NCBI RefSeq assembly: GCF_001194135.2
Contig: NC_068997.1
Span: 54,578,099 to 54,642,098, forward strand
DNA from: Octopus bimaculoides
Lineage: Eukaryota
Reading direction: 5' to 3'
DNA: 64,000 nt
The notes under the pieces are model-generated. The model did not search any database and was not told where the DNA came from. It worked only from the letters and a program-made list of their open reading frames with translations. Shown in pieces: positions 62,771-64,000 of this stretch. The first letter of the stretch is position 1, and each line of letters starts with the position of its first letter. The position numbers and the translations under genes were made by a program.

Positions 62771-64000
62771 TTCAGTTCACTTTTATTGTTAATGTAAAAT
62801 GATAGTAAGACTTGTTCTGTTTAGTCACATATTTTAAGTAAACTGGTATAGAATAGATTCAACTGGTTACTATTCGTCTGAACTACTCTTTTCCCTTGTC
62901 TTCATTAATTGGCCTCATCTCTTGCTCTCATCAATTCTAATGTACTCTATGGATCCATCTTGTTCTTTCTCCTGATTAATTGTCTCTTTTATTAATTGCT
63001 AAATGTCAGTCACTATTAACTTCATCAAATCCTCTACAAATAACTCAACCAGCCATTCCACTTTATTAAATCTATTATCTTGTCAGCTGCAATAATGTCA
63101 TCTGTTAAAGAGGATCTTTGACTATTTTGTAATGGGAATGGCTCTACTAACAAATTTATCTTAAAGAATAACAACCTAATTAATCTCCTGCATCACCATG
63201 CAATTTCATAATCCTTCATCTCACAACTTGTGTTACGCTTTCAAATTTCCACTCATCTCTCACTTGATATGTAACTCAATGACTTCAATATAGGTTTAGC
63301 CATCTTTCCCATACCAAAATATATTCTATTCTTGATTATTCTTTCAAAGATGCGATGGTACAACACAGGCATTAACCTACATCCTCTATCATGTCAAAAA
63401 AAAAAAAAGGGCATAGTCTTTATAGCAGTAGAGGGGACCTTATTTTCATCAAAAGGTATTCCTAAACCCAATATAAAACAACTGCATTCTCCGTTTATTC
63501 AGGCTGACAGTCTGCATGTACTCTCACTTCCCTTCTTTCTTTCTACTCATGCTCTCCGGCTCTTCGAATCTCACCTCTAAAGACATGCAGTTTTTCATTC
63601 AGAGAACCACCATCCATTTCATTGTCTTTCAATTTTATGTATACTCGTTTTATATTACATTAGCGTGCAGATCTTCAAACTCTTGCTTTAACATCACCAA
63701 CATTATATCTTTAATTATGCTGCAGCATAATAGCATAATAGTTGTGTTTGGGGAATTATATTCTCAGTAAACTGTTGGCCTCAGCTTTTGTTACTTTGAA
63801 CAATCAATGACTATATACCATTGAAAGAAAAAAGTATTGCTGAGAATGAAATGTTTTATTTTTCATATGTTTTCCACGTGTATGTGTTATGCATGTGTCT
63901 GTATGTTATGTGTATATGTGCCTTTATATTTGTGTGTGTGTGTGTGTTTATGCATATGTGTGTTTTTCAACCACTTGCAAGTGAGTAAGACTTGGCAGCA

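Noticed and set aside
1-64000. Known conserved miRNAs, rRNA, snRNA, operons or phage/prokaryotic defence systems
   Set aside because: No match seen by eye to the conserved mature miRNAs I checked from memory (let-7, miR-1, -2, -7, -8, -9, -10, -71, -124, -133, -184) or to rRNA/snRNA; no prokaryotic gene structure. An Infernal/Rfam scan would be needed to exclude them.

Overview
Very AT-rich, CpG-poor eukaryotic DNA from a gapped short-read assembly (five N gaps). The repeat families (tRNA-headed SINEs with an internal (TA/TG)n tract, RTE-LINE 3' ends with (GAT)n tails, DD37D maT transposon fossils) match what I recall for Octopus. That assignment is an inference and needs a BLAST check. The window looks intronic or intergenic and is dominated by decayed mobile elements and microsatellites. 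I could not recognise an intact protein-coding gene. There are only short candidate exons with good splice signals on both strands, and most listed ORFs are microsatellite, SINE or gap artefacts. Best-supported features: a tRNA-Arg(CCT)-like gene or pseudogene at 5054-5126, two maT (DD37D) transposase fossils, several RTE fragments, many SINEs, a 27-bp minisatellite and an 88-bp-arm inverted repeat. Repeat boundaries are approximate (tens of bases). No clearly new biological system is demonstrated. The oddities most worth testing are listed as findings.
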